From Chiloscyllium plagiosum (taxonomy: Eukaryota), in NCBI RefSeq assembly GCF_004010195.1, contig NC_057718.1, forward strand, positions 9,702,910 through 9,766,909: a DNA stretch of 64,000 nt. The letters run 5' to 3'. The notes beneath the pieces are model-generated. The model did no database searches. It was not told where the DNA came from and saw only the letters and a program-made list of their open reading frames with translations. Shown here piece after piece: positions 37,158 through 49,900 of this stretch. The stretch's first letter is position 1, and each line of letters starts with the position of its first letter. A program made the position numbers and the translations under genes.

Positions 37158-37250
37158 TGTGCTGATACGATCCTGTGGCGATCCCAGTCGGTGAGCTGTG
37201 ACATACAGCAGTCAGTGCTGAGAGCTGGCAAAGGAGCTCCATTCCTGCTT
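37158..37250 (-). CDS. ECT2L: ECT2L exon ([31 protein letters not shown])
   Basis: Read manually; 93 nt; [11 protein letters not shown] motif; donor A|GTGAGT. Confidence 0.95.
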
Positions 37251-37492
37251 CTGGCCACACACACGGAGATGGGTTAAACTCATAAGTGAATCACACAGAC
37301 CTTTTAAAAACAGTAAGGCCATTCATCCCAAAGAGCCTCTCCCTCGCTCTTTCTCAAGTAGATGCAAATGCTACCTCTCTGCCTGCTTCCCAGATATTTC
37401 ATTTTATTCTCTTCAGAAACACTGTTGTTTTGCATTGTAAAATATCGTGCCCCTTGCAGGAGGAGAATTGAGAAGGCAAGTGTTCATCTATT

Positions 37493-37694
37493 GTGAAAAA
37501 TCACACAACACCAGGTTTCAGTCCAACAGGTTTAATTGGAAGCACTAGCTTTCAGAGCACTGCTCCTTTATCAGGCGGTTGTCTAGTAGTGCTCCGAAAG
37601 CTGGTGCTTCCAATTAAACCTGTTGGACTATAATTTGGTGGTGTGTGATTTTTAACTTTGTCCACCCCAGTCCAACACTGGCCCCTCCACATCA
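37493..37694. mobile_element. Mini hairpin PLE derivative, family 2, with 10-bp TSD
   Basis: TTCATCTATT at 37483-37492 and 37695-37704; homologous to 23274-23475. Confidence 0.85.
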
Positions 37695-38297
37695 TTCATC
37701 TATTATGGTCCAGCTGTGGTTATTTGGGTCTCCAGATGTGGTTAATCATTAAAGAAGCAATGTGCTATAGGCATTACCATTGGCTATGTGATCCATTACT
37801 CATTTGTATGTGAACTTTAAATTCTTTTACACGTATTGGTGAAAGAGGAAATTAAAAGTAAATTGTGCAAGTGATTTTTGATTATTAAAGCAGCTTCCAG
37901 AATACTTGCAAATGTTTATTTCTCGTATGTGTCTGTGTGGGTATGTGCGTGTACGTTTGTGTGTGTCTGTGAGTGCGCCTGTGTGTGTCTCTGTCTCTGT
38001 ACCTGTGTGTGTGAGGCACCTTCTGCTAGTATCAGTGCATGTGGCTAAAAACACTGGCAGAAAGTGGAAATAAAAATTGTCCCCCCCTTGACTCTATCCC
38101 CTCCGACCATTCCTGAGGTAGGGACATCAAGGGGTCAAAATGAACTTGCCCCAGCTCATTCAAAAACAAAGAAAACCAAAAGAAAATCAAATCCCCTCTG
38201 GTCCGTTCCCCATTGAATGTTCCTGGGCCAGGTTCAAAAAGGATTTCAAAATCCAGAGCAGAGTTCCTTTACTCATTTTAACTAAAGGTAAAATCCT

Positions 38298-38585
38298 GGC
38301 ATGGTGGCTCAGTGGTTAACACTACTGCCTCACAGCGCCAGAGACCGCAGGTTCAATTTCAACCTCAGGTGACTGTCGGTGTGGAGTTTTGAACATTCTT
38401 CCCGTATCTGCGTGGGTTTCTTCTGGGTACTCTGGTTTCCTCCCACAGTCCAAAGATGTACAAGTTAGGTGGATTGACCATGGGAAATGTGGTGTTAGAG
38501 GGTCGGTCTGGGTGGGATGCTCTTCGGAGGGTTGGTGGACTCAATGGGCCAAATGGTCTACTTCCACAGTGCAGGGATTCTATGA
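38298..38585 (+). mobile_element. HE1-type SINE
   Basis: GGCATGGTGGCTCAGTGGTTAACAC head. Confidence 0.85.
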
Positions 38586-40053
38586 TCAATCAAGCACACA
38601 TGGGACAGTACAGGATTTAAATAAAAGTCTCCTTTTGGGTCCAAAATCAATACAAAAGAAAAATAAAACAGCCCTTTTCAGGGCACAACACCAAGAACAA
38701 ACACAAACTTAATGTGTCGTATGAAAGCTATGCTACTAACTGTCCATCATGACCTGGTGAAAACTCATCTCTTCTTCTCTCACTTCCTGACAATTGTGGC
38801 TCAGTGGGTGGCACTTTCCCTTCTGAGGCACAAGGTCATGGAGGCTTGACTTTTTTTTTCATGAGATGTGTGTGCCATTGGCAAAGCTGGTATTTGGTGC
38901 CTACCCCTAATTACCCCCTTGAGATGGAGGTGGTGAGCTGCAGACTATCTGGCATCTCCAAGCATTTCCATCTCCATGGCTTATCCGAGAAGTGAAGACA
39001 TTTCTGTGGATCTGGAGTCACATGTAGGCCAGACTGGGTAAAGACAGCAGATTTCCCTCCCAAAAGGGCAGGAGCGAACCCCATGGGAACTTTACAACAA
39101 TTGGTGATCAATTCAGCTACCACAGTGAGATTTGAACTCCTGCCCCAGAGCATTAACCTGGATTGCGAGTCTGTTAACATTACAATAGTGACGCCAGCTG
39201 CCCCCAGGGTTGAAGCCACAATCCCAAGCCTTACACAAAGGATTCAGGATGACACCCCAAAGCTGTACCATGAGCGTGGTGAGATTTGGATGAGATTGAG
39301 GCCCTGCCTGCCTTCTCAGATGGATGGATGGAGAAGATCCCATATCAATATTTCGACAAGCATGCTTGTTCCATCTGCTGTCCCAGCCCTCACCAACATA
39401 ACTGGAAAGGGTTGACCTGTTTGTTATTTCACTTGTTTGTGGGAGCTTGCTCTGCACAAATGTCTCTCTGCATTTCCTACACACTCATCCAAACAACTTC
39501 ATTGGTTGTAAAGCACTTTGAGAATTCCTAAGGTGATATATAAATGCAAGTTCTTTATCCTTTACGTAAGAGGTCACAGTTTGAAGAGGTCTACAGTACA
39601 GAACAGCCAAAAAAATTACAGCTCAGGGAAAGTCAGTGTTGAAAGAGTGACATTGGTAACGAGGAGAAAATTGTCCACTTTCTGTTTGGATTCTAGAAAC
39701 TTCCTAGATACAAGTCAGGATAGTGTGTGGCTTGGAGGGGAACTTGCAGGTGGTAGCATGGTCCCATGACAAGGCTAGCAGAGACATGGCAAGATCACCA
39801 CCATGAAAGGAGCAAGACCCCGTCCAAGCCACTCACCTATGGCCTTGAGGGGAATGTTCAGGTGGATCCCAGTCCAAAGTTGGACATCAAATCTGGGCAA
39901 AACCATAAGTTATCTCTGACTGAGAAACGACTTACTCAGGGAAAGCCTTCCAAAATAATTTCCTTGTCTGGTCTACTCAGTACTGGCTCTGACTGGATGA
40001 TGCACAAATAGTTTTGCACCTTCATCTTAAACCGTTGAAGATCAGACACGAAC

Positions 40054-40182
40054 CTGAGGCAGCCAATGGCACAAAGATATCGATACGTCCTCCCTCTTCC
40101 TGCGACAAGACGCAGCCACTCATATTTTCCCAGAATCCCCTCACCTCAGCCTCTGGAAGATTCTTTGAGCTGATTTTGCAGC
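40054..40182 (-). CDS. ECT2L: ECT2L exon (CKISSKNLPEAEVRGFWENM...EEGGRIDIFVPLAAS)
   Basis: 129 nt, phase 1 to 1; EVR.FWE and EEGG.ID.FVPL motifs. Confidence 0.95.
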
Positions 40183-40693
40183 CTGGAGACAGGGAGAAAT
40201 GGGGAAGGGTTGAGAATATCACCTTCTGTCAGTGATGCTCCTGCAACACACCTCAGGATCCTGGAGGATTGGTAGACCTCAAGCCTACTCTACCTGTTGA
40301 GGAAACTCCCAGCAGAGGCCCCTGAAGGAAGGTGCCCAAGTCTTCAGTCACGCAACACAGGCTACTCCCAGTCTGGAAAGGGCCAGGTGGGTAGATGGCT
40401 CATAGAGGCCACAATGGCTGGTCAGTGTCCATTTTAACAGGCATTCATTAGAATATAAGAAATCAGAGTGGGAATAAGCCAATCAGCTTATCGAGCCTGT
40501 CCTTCTATTCAGTAAGATCATGGTTGAGCTGATTGTGGCCTTAACTCCTCTCTCTTGTTGACCCGCTCCCGTAACCCTTGACCATAACATGTCAACCTAA
40601 AATCCACAGAAGGCAATTTCAAAGATCAACACAACCAGAGAAAAACATTCATCAACTTCTACTTAAATGGGGCTCACCTTGTTTTTAAACTGT

Positions 40694-41312
40694 AAAGACC
40701 ACTCCCTCCGTGACTCCCTCGTCAGATCCACACCCCCCACCAACCCAACCTCCACTCCCGGCACCTTCCCCTGCAACCGCAGGAGGTGCAAGACTTGCGC
40801 CCACACCTNNNNNNNNNNNNNNNNNNNNNNNNNNNNNNNNNNNNNNNNNNNNNNNNNNNNNNNNNNNNNNNNNNNNNNNNNNNNNNNNNNNNNNNNNNNN
40901 NNNNNNNNNNNNNNNNNNNNNNNNNNNNNNNNNNNNNNNNNNNNNNNNNNNNNNNNNNNNNNNNNNNNNNNNNNNNNNNNNNNNNNNNNNNNNNNNNNNN
41001 NNNNNNNNNNNNNNNNNNNNNNNNNNNNNNNNNNNNNNNNNNNNNNNNNNNNNNNNNNNNNNNNNNNNNNNNNNNNNNNNNNNNNNNNNNNNNNNNNNNN
41101 NNNNNNNNNNNNNNNNNNNNNNNNNNNNNNNNNNNNNNNNNNNNNNNNNNNNNNNNNNNNNNNNNNNNNNNNNNNNNNNNNNNATTCCTGAAGAAGGGCT
41201 TATGCCCGAAACGTCGATTCTCCTGTTCCCTGGATGCTGCCTGACCTGCTGCGCTTTTCCAGCAACACATTTCCAGCTCTGATCTCCAGCATCTGTAGAC
41301 CTCACTTTCTCC
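40694..41312 (+). mobile_element. PLE 3' fragment (Cys linker CNRRRCKTC, gap, pLTR) with 10-bp TSD
   Basis: TTTAAACTGT at 40684-40693 and 41313-41322; inserted in a CR1 remnant. Confidence 0.85.
41184..41219 (+). ncRNA. Minimal hammerhead ribozyme motif
   Basis: ATTC-CTGAAGA-A-GGGC-TTAT-GCCC-GAAAC-GTC-GATT; predicted cleavage after GUC at 41215. Confidence 0.8.
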
Positions 41313-41620
41313 TTTAAACTGTGACCCCAGTGTAAATTCCCCCATGAGAGGAAACATTCCTCTCAGTATCTCCCTGGTCAGAGTCCCTCAGAACTTTACA
41401 TGTTGACACAAGGTTTTCTCTCATTCTTTCAAATCCTATTCAGTCCTGGTCCAAACTGCTCAACCTACCCTCATAGCACAATCCTTTCGTCTCAGGGATC
41501 AGGTCAGCGAACGTTCTCTGAGTTGACCCCAATGCAAGTATGTTCCTCTTTAACCTTGTGTCTCTGAGTTGATCATAATGTCCTGATTGATTAGTATCTG
41601 ATCACCAAGGTTCTACTTGC

Positions 41621-41789
41621 CTTGTACCAAGTCCATCTCCGTCGAGTCCCCCTCAGCGACAATCCCAATGCTTCTGGCTCTCCGACCCCTCAGCACTTTT
41701 TCCAGACGGTACAGGAGGCTGTCTGGCGTCGTCCCAGAGTACTCATATAACAGGGGTAGCACGCCAATCTTCACACAGTCCACAACCAT
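41621..41789 (-). CDS. ECT2L: ECT2L exon, DUF4347-like region (MVVDCVKIGV...GDSTEMDLVQG), ends at a GC donor
   Basis: 169 nt; donor CAAG|GCAAGT gives the required phase 1. Confidence 0.9.
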
Positions 41790-42915
41790 CTGCCAGCAGG
41801 AACAAACCTCAATAATGAGAACAGCACCCTCTTCCTCCATCCTTCCAAACCTGTATCATGGATTTCCCCACTTTGGTGAGACTGAGTTGGAGGAGGGAGT
41901 GGGGTGATATTTAGTATGTTCAAATGCCTTCCACCATTTTTAATAAAGGCACCTCAATCTTTTTGAATCAGAAGATCATAGGCACAAGCTCCCATCCAAG
42001 GACTGAGCACAGAATGGAGGCTGAAACTCCAGTATAGGTCTGGGCTATCTGAGGAGCTGTCTTTCAGTTTAATCAAGGCACTACCTCCCTCTCAGATGGA
42101 TTTAAGGCTGCGTGTCACAGTGAGAATACTGCATCCAGTTCTGGTACCCACACTTCAGGAGAGGATGGACAGGTTTGTGACACAACATAGAGGAGATTGA
42201 ACCAGAATGGTTCCAGCACTAATGGTGGGAATGGTTCCAGGAATGAGGGGCCTTTGCCATAGGTTTGGTTTGAAGAAGCTGGAGTTGTTCTCCTTGGAAT
42301 GAAGGACAGTGAGAGAAGCTTTGATCAATGGAGTGAGATGAATGACCAGGTTAGGTAAGGTTGACAAAGAAACACTGCTCCCTTGAGCTGATGGTATAAG
42401 GACTAGGGCACATGGGTGTCACAAGGCATGCAGATGGGAAGGTGAGGATGAAATGTTTTCCATTGTGTTCAGTAACAACGTGGCAATCACTACCTGTGAG
42501 GGCAGGGAATGTGGAAATGGTCAATGATTTCCAAAGAAAATCAGGTTGATACTTGCAGGAAATAAAATGGCAGGGATAGAGTGGAGAACGGAGCTGACTG
42601 GACTACTGTATACTGTATACAAGGCCCCAAAGGAAACTTCCATATCCGCCACAGATTCACCTGTACCTCCACACATATCATCTATTGCATCCTTTGCACC
42701 CGATGTGGCCTCCTCTATATTGGGGAGACGGGCCGCCTACTTGCGGAGCGTTTCAGGGAACACCTCTGGGACACCCGGACCAACCAACCCAACCACCCTG
42801 TAGCTCAACATTTCAATTCCCCCTCCCACTCCACCAAGGATATGCAGGTCTTTGGACTCCTCCATCGTCAGACCACAGCGAAACGACGGTTGGAGGAAGA
42901 ACGAGGGAACAGGAG

Positions 42916-42951
42916 AATCGACGTTTCGGGCATTAGCCCTTCTTCAGGAAT
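42916..42951 (-). ncRNA. Minimal hammerhead ribozyme motif (ECT2L sense strand)
   Basis: Exact reverse complement of 43029-43064. Confidence 0.8.
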
Positions 42952-43028
42952 GAGGAAAGTTGGTCCAGCAGGCTAAGATAAAAGATAGGGACTATCTTTT
43001 ATCTTAGCCTGCTGGACCAACTTTCCTC

Positions 43029-43064
43029 ATTCCTGAAGAAGGGCTAATGCCCGAAACGTCGATT
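43029..43064 (+). ncRNA. Minimal hammerhead ribozyme motif
   Basis: ATTC-CTGAAGA-A-GGGC-TAAT-GCCC-GAAAC-GTC-GATT. Confidence 0.8.
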
Positions 43065-43803
43065 CTCCTGTTCCCTAGATGCTGCCTGACCTGCTGCGCT
43101 TTTCCAGCAACACATTTCCAGCTACTGTATACAGAGCCAACACAGACCCAATGGGCTGAATGATCTCCTTCTGCATTTTTCTAACCCTTCCTCAGAGAGT
43201 AAAGACGTTCTCCACAGCATCCTGCCCAATATTTATTGTCCAAACACAGTTGCTCCTTGTGAGATCCAGCTGGACACAAATTGGGCTTCAATTCTGCATC
43301 GCAACAGTAACTACATAGTCAGGAGCGGGGTGCTGGGAAAGAACAGCAGGTCAGGCAGCATTCAAGGAGCAGGAGAATCGATGTTTCGGGCATGAGCTCT
43401 TCAGGCCTTTTTCAGCACCTTCCTCTCGACTCTGATCTCCCACATCTGGAGTCCTCACTGTCTCCAACAGTGAGGACATATCAAAGGTAACTATCCTGGC
43501 TGTGATGTGCTTTTGTTTGTCCTGTGAGGTGATGGTGGTGGTGCTTTATAATTGTATTGAAAATACTTCTGTTTTGCTGATCTCTCAGGCCTTCTGGATT
43601 GCCTGTGATCCTGACTCTCACTCAGCAACACCCCATCCAGGCTGGGCCTGAACATCACAGGAATTAGCTATCTTAAGACACCAATCAACAGGTCCTTGTA
43701 TTTCCATTCAGAACCTCCCCTCTCCTACCTCCATCCACCCTACTCTCGCCCCCACATGCCCTCGCCACTGCCAGCATGTTCCCTGGTTCAGGATAACCCT
43801 TAC

Positions 43804-43927
43804 CTCCCAGGCTGGAATCCTGGATGATATGAGGATGACCCGTGGTTGGTCAGAGCTGTTCCCTGCTGGTCGTGCAGATTCGGTGTGAGGCAGTACAGGG
43901 TAGCTCCCTCCTCCAGCCAGGCTTTTC
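43804..43927 (-). CDS. ECT2L: ECT2L exon (KSLAGGGSYPVLP...PRVILISSRIPAWE)
   Basis: SYP.L and LISSRIPA motifs; 124 nt; donor GAG|GTAAGG. Confidence 0.93.
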
Positions 43928-44249
43928 CTGTCATTAACCAAGAAATAACCGTCTTGACAACAAGCTCTCGGGTGGCCCGTGAGAGGAACCGTGTCTACGT
44001 TCTGTATAACTCAGCTTGGGAAGATTCACCAGAACAATACCAGCTCAATGCCCATGGGAAGGTCTAACCCGAGCATGCCAGAACTGGAGAAGTAGCATCC
44101 ATGTAGGTGCCAACCAGCTTGAGAGGCCCAGGTGGAAGCTAAGCAGAAGGGGCTTGTGACAACCCTCAATGTCCCACCCTCTGACTTCACACACTGCCTG
44201 CCCCAACGGTGTCAGAGTATGGGGATCCAGCATTGCACTGTACAATAAG

Positions 44250-46015
44250 AGAAAAGGTTCAGAAAAGACTTACAGGATATTGAAAGGTTTGAGCTATAAG
44301 GAGAGGCTGAATAGGTTGCTGTTTTCCCTGGAGCACGGATGCTGAGGGATGACCTTATAGAGGTTTATAAAATCATGAGGGGCATGGATAGAGTAAATAG
44401 ACAAGTCTTTTCCCTGGAGTGAAGATCCAGAGCTAGAGGGCATAGGTTTAGGGTGGGAGGGGAAAGATATAAAAGGGACCTAAGGGGCAACGTTTTCACA
44501 TCGAGGGTGGTGAGTGTATGGAATGAACAGCCAGAGGAAGTGGTGGAGGCTGGTACAGTTACGGCATTTAAAAGGCATCTGGGTGGTTATATGAATAGGA
44601 AGGGTTTGGAGGAATATGGGCCGGGTGCTGGCAGGTGGGACTAGATTAGGTCAGGATATCTGGTCAGCATGGACAGGTTGGACATCTCTATAATTTCCGT
44701 GCTGTACATCTCTATGACTCTGTGTAAGAGCAGAAGCAGGCCATTTGGCCCATGGAGTCTGCTCCGCCATTCAATGACATCATGGCTGATCTGACCATCC
44801 CTGACTCCAGTTTTCCCCATAACCCTTGATTCCCTTTCTGCTTAAAAATCTGTCTCTCTCGGCTTTGAATATACTTACTGACCCAGCCTCTACAAGCTTC
44901 TTTTGTTATGAATTCCATATATTCACAACCCACCGAAAGAAGAAATTCTTCCTTATCTTTGCCTTAAATGTGCAACAGCTTGTTCTGAGATTGTGCCCTC
45001 AGGACCTAGACTTTCCCACAAGGGGAAGGAATCTCTCGTATCTACCCTTTCCAACTACCTAAGAACCTGTGTTTCCTATGAAATCCCTAAGGATGTGTTC
45101 CAATAAGGTCCTCTTCCATTCTGTGTTACTCTGATGAGTACGTGCCCAACCTACACAACCTCTCCTCAGAAGGCAGTCCCTCCATACCTGGGATCAGCCC
45201 GGTGAACTTTCTCTGGACTGCCTCCAGTGGCTATATATTTCTCCTTAGGTAAGAGGAACAAAGCTGTTCATAGTATTCCACCTGTGATCTGACTAATGCC
45301 TACTACAGTTTTAGCAAGACCTCTCTTTTTATATGACATTCCTTTTGAAGTAAAGGCCAACATTCCATTTGCCTTCCCTATTACCCTCTGAACTTGGATG
45401 CTAGCTTTTTGTGATTCATGGATGAGGACTCCCAAATCACTCTGTTTCATAGCTTTCTGCAGTCTATTTAAATAATATTCAGCTCCTCTCTTCTTCCAGC
45501 CTCACATTTCCCCACATTATAGTCCATCTGCCTACGACACGGAGTGGAAGAAAGTCATCCACCGTCTCAAGAGACGTTTTTTATTCATTCACAGAATGAG
45601 AGAGTCGCTGGCCAGCCCAGCATTGATTGGCCATCTCTAAATGTCCAGGGGGCTGTTAAGAATGAACCTGGCATTGCTGTGGGTCTGGAGTCACATGTAG
45701 GCCAGACCAGGTAAAGGAATTGTACCAGCCTCCACCAATTCCTCTGGCAGCTCATTCCATTCATACACCACCCTCTGTGTGAAAAAGTTGCCCCTTGGGT
45801 CTCTTTTATATCTTTTCCCTCTCACCTTAAACCCACGCCCTCTAATTTTGGACTCCCCCATCCCAGGGGAAAAGACCCTAGCAATGCCCCTTATGATTTT
45901 ATAAATCTTTATAAAGTCACCCCTCAGCCTCCAACATTCCAAGGAAAAATAGCTCCAGTCTATTCAGCCTCTCCCTACAGCTCAAACCCTCCAAACCTGG
46001 CAACATCCTTGTAGA
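44250..46015. mobile_element. Cluster of CR1 3' fragments (44250-44720 +; 44722-45530 -; 45718-46012 -)
   Basis: RYKRDLRGNVFT..VV.VWN and RLRGDFI peptides; CR1 tails. Confidence 0.8.
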
Positions 46016-46470
46016 TCAAAACAGCGTCTGGATGTGTATATGAATAGGAAGGGTTTAGAGGGGTATGGGCAAAATGCGACTAGATTTATATGGGATATCT
46101 GGTTGGCATGGACAAGGGGCTTGTAGGAGAAAACCAGAGCAGCCGGAGGAACTCCATGCAGACACGGTGAGTCATTCGCCCGAGGGTGGAATCGAACCCA
46201 GGTCACTGGCGCTGTGAGGCAGCAGTGCTAATCACTGAGCCACCGTGCACCACATGGAAACACATGTGGACCTTCACAGAGACACATGCAAGGACTCATA
46301 CCTGGTCACAGACACATAATACACACGTGGGCACATATGCATGGACACACACAAACACGGCCAGACTGTATCCGCAGCAACGCAGCCGGACTCTTGGGTG
46401 TGACACACCCCGCTAGACTTCATACATACACTGCTCAGCCAGTCAGTCTCCTCTGTACTTCTTCACCAAC

Positions 46471-46598
46471 CTGTTACTCAGCATTCGGAGCGATCCCAGC
46501 ACCTGCCTTTTCTCCACTTCCGGACTCCACAAACCTGGCGATCGGATCTCCTCCCTCAGGAGTTGGGAAAGAGTCACATTAATCTGGAGGGTTTTATC
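46471..46598 (-). CDS. ECT2L: ECT2L exon (DKTLQINVTLSQLLREEIRSPGLWSPEVEKRQVLGSLRMLSNR)
   Basis: Not in the ORF track. Acceptor ttttattctag (an alternative in-frame AG gives a start at 46583); donor AG|GTTGGT. Needed to restore phase 2; resembles recalled human LSQTVRE...EKQLVLTSL. Confidence 0.8.
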
Positions 46599-46690
46599 CT
46601 AGAATAAAATTAAACAGAGGGGAACGTTGTCTGTGGGTTTAAAAATTCCACGCGTGCATGTGAACATGTTGCTCCTGCACCGTTCCATAC

Positions 46691-46857
46691 CCTGTATGAA
46701 CTGTGTATTCCCTCTTTAAAACTCCTCGGTGTTACTGTCAGCTGCAATAATGTGGAGCTGAGGTGAGGGCGCCCCAACACTGCCTGGGATCTTCTATCCC
46801 GATGGTGAGAATTCCATTTTCCACTCAACCAAGGGGGTCGGGACCTCAATAATTCCT
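46691..46857 (-). CDS. ECT2L: ECT2L exon (KELLRSRPPWLSG...GIHSSYR)
   Basis: RPPW.SG motif; acceptor ccttcag; donor AGG|GTATGG; 167 nt, phase 1 to 0. Confidence 0.85.
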
Positions 46858-47519
46858 CTGAAGGTTTAAGGCAGAGAATTAGCGAGTGATAAAGTGTCGT
46901 AACAGCAACAACATTGCATTTATAAAGCACCTTTACCCCAATAAAACGCCCCAAAAGGTGCATCAATAGAAATTGCCATCGTACAGAAATTTGGCCAAGA
47001 CATATTTGTTACGTCTATTCTTTCACCAGATGTGGGTGGACCAGCATTTGTTGCCCATCACTAATTGGCGTTTAACTCACCTGCTGGCCAGGCCATTTCC
47101 GAGGGCAGTGAAGTCAACCAGATTGCTGTGGGTCTGGAGTCACATGTTGGCCAGACTGGCTAAGGACGGCAGATTTCCTTCCCTGAAGGGCATGAGTGAA
47201 CCGGATGGTGATCGTGCCAGAGTCGCCATCATCGAGTTTAACTTTTAATTAATTGAATTTAAATTCCAGCAGCTGCTATGGTGGAAATTTTGGAATGAGT
47301 CAAGAATATCACTCTAAAGGCCTTCTTGCATGTTCTCTCCTGCTCCTCAGATGCTGTCAGACCCTCCCATCCTGGTCCCCTCACCCTCCTCCAGTGTGGT
47401 ATGCCCTGTCTTGTTCACCCACCATCAGTCACCTTTCACATTGCTGCAAATGGAGGAACAGGAAAATCAGAGACATTGACCGAGGACAGGAGAGGATGAG
47501 ATGCCTCAGTTTTACTCAC

Positions 47520-47772
47520 TCTTCTGCCCAGCCAGTCTGTCCTGGATTAACCTCCTCAGAAGCCTTTCGTTCCACTTGTCCTCACTGCCCTCCAGCTTCT
47601 TCTTGGGCTCTTCCAGGATTCCGTACATCTCAGCGGTTTCTGTTGGGGTGAGGTAGTCCAGGCTGCAGGCACACGCCACATAATGGCGTTTCCATGCCCC
47701 ATATTCATGGTCAGGGGGTGTGTACGGCAGGAACCAGCCTCGTTTCACACATTTGGGCATCCAGAGGCAATC
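47520..47772 (-). CDS. ECT2L: ECT2L exon (DCLWMPKCVKRGWFLPYTPPDHEYGAWKRHY...DRLAGQK)
   Basis: 253 nt, donor A|GTGAGT, phase 0 to 1. Confidence 0.96.
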
Positions 47773-47841
47773 CTGACAAAACACAACAGGGAGGCGCACC
47801 TTTTCCATTACAAGACCAGCATTTGTTGTCCTACGCAGCAA

Positions 47842-48962
47842 AACATAGAAACATTGAATATAGGAGCAGGAGTAGGCCATTCCACCCCTCAAGCCTGCTT
47901 CACCATTCAATAAGATCATGGCTGATCATCAAGCTCAATATTGTCATCCTGCCTCCCACCTTTGAGTAAAGAAATCTTTTCCTCAACTCATTCCTAAATG
48001 GTTTACCGTGTATCCTGAGATTGAGCCTCTGGTTTTAGACTCCACAACCAGGGAAAAGGGAAAACACCTTTCTGCATCTAGTCTGTCCAGCCCTTTTATA
48101 ATTTTATACGTTTTAATCAGATCCCCTCTAACCCTCCAAACCCATGAACATAAACACAGTCAAACCAATCTCTTCATGTCTAACAGTCCTGCCATCCCCT
48201 CCTCTATGACAAGTAAATGCTTTCTTAGGTAGGAGAAACCAAAACTGCACATGATGATCCAATATAGTCTCATTAAGATCCGGTATAATTGCAGTGAGAC
48301 ATCCCTACTTCTGAACTCACATCCTCTTGCAATGAAGGTCAATACTGTATATCATTTGCCGTCCTGATTACTTGATGCCCCTACTTGTTTAATATCAATG
48401 ACTGATGTAAAAGGATACCCAGATTCCCTTTGAACATCTACACTTCCCAATATATCACCGCTTAAATTATACCCTTCTTTCCTATTTTTCACATCAAAGT
48501 GCATAACTTCACATTTATCCACATTCCATAGAGTTATACAGCACAGAATCAGACCCTTCGTCCATGCCAACCAGATATCCTAATCTTATCTAGTCCCATT
48601 TGCCAGCACTTGGCCCATATCCCTCTAAATCCTTCCTATTCATATACCCATCCAGACGCCTTTTAAATGTTGTAATTGTACCAGCTTCCACCACTTTCTC
48701 TGGCAGCTCATTCCATACACTCACCACCCCTCTGTGTGAAAATGTTGCCCCTTGGGTTCATGTTATATCTTTCCCCTCTCAACTTAAACCTATGCCCCCG
48801 GGAAAAAGACCTTGGCTATTTACCCTATCCGTATCCCTCATGATTTTATAAACCTCCATAAGGTCAGCCCTCAGCCTCCGACGCTCCAGGGAAAACAGCC
48901 CCAGCCTGTTCAGCCTCTCCCTGTAGCTCAAACCTTCCAACCCCGGCGACATCCTCGTAAAT
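47842..48962 (-). mobile_element. Nested CR1 3' fragments
   Basis: LQLYRILMR, NVDKCEVMHF, RERLNRLGLFSLERRRLR peptides. Confidence 0.8.
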
Positions 48963-49272
48963 CTAAAAGGCATCTCCACCTGACAAAAGAGCAGTGTTTC
49001 GAAAGTTTGTGATTTCAAATAAACCTGTTGGACTATAACCTGATGTCATGGGACTTCTGACCAACTCTCGGAAGGCATTCAAAGATTCACAATTTAACCC
49101 AGGAAAGGTAGTTTGGGAAGAGGCAACTTGTGGAAGTTAAAATGTCAGGAACTTCCTCTATCTTTTATCACATTATACCACTAAGAATTGGTCCAATTTC
49201 CAAGCTGGGTTAGGAAGGCATTCAACCAAGTAAGAAAAGCATCTTGGCCATCTCCTTGTCCAGGCTCACAGT

Positions 49273-49900
49273 GTTATGGACCAGATCAAACCCCCTCAAC
49301 AAATATTAAAAGGACAGCCTGGACCCTAACTTTCTCTTATTTTAAAGGCTAGCACCAGGTACTGTGTTCCAGATGCACTTTGATTGGTCAAACTACCAGG
49401 CTTGAAGCAAGACACACTTTATTCATACACTATAGGTAAAATATCATAAAAGAACTCTACTGGAAAACTAAACAGAATAATAAATTATTTAACTACTAAA
49501 CAGTAACTGTTTCAATATATACAAACATCCCATCAACACACCCTTGGCAAAGGCAAGTTCAGTAAATTTGATTGTCTCACATGCAACTCCAGTCCAGGAG
49601 GTAAAACATCAAGAGAAAACTCAGAGAGAGAGTAGCAGGGAGAGATGGACTGCAGCTTCAAGACCCCAGTAACTGCTACTGCAAAACTGAAAGTAAAACT
49701 CTTGGGTTCTGTGGGAGCCTGACCCCCCCACACACACACACACAATTTGTGCTGCTTCTGTTGTTCCAAATTTAGCAAAATATCCCAAGGCCTCACAAGC
49801 TGTTTACTTCATGGGTTTTGAATCAGACTGCTTGTCACCCTCTGTCTCAACCTTTCTTAATAAAAAAATCCAGGACCAAATGTATCTGTTAAAGCCATAT
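49273..49900. mobile_element. Interspersed repeat, possibly solo-LTR-like (copy 1)
   Basis: Begins TGTTATGGACCAGATCAAACCCCCTCAA; collinear with 52598-53950. Confidence 0.5.

Larger units (their letters stand above)
42622..43122 (+). mobile_element. PLE fragment: GIY-YIG endonuclease plus inverted pLTR palindrome
   Basis: IIYCILCTRCGLLYIGETGRLLAERFREH; TACTGTATACA flanks at 42611-42621 and 43123-43133. Confidence 0.9.
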
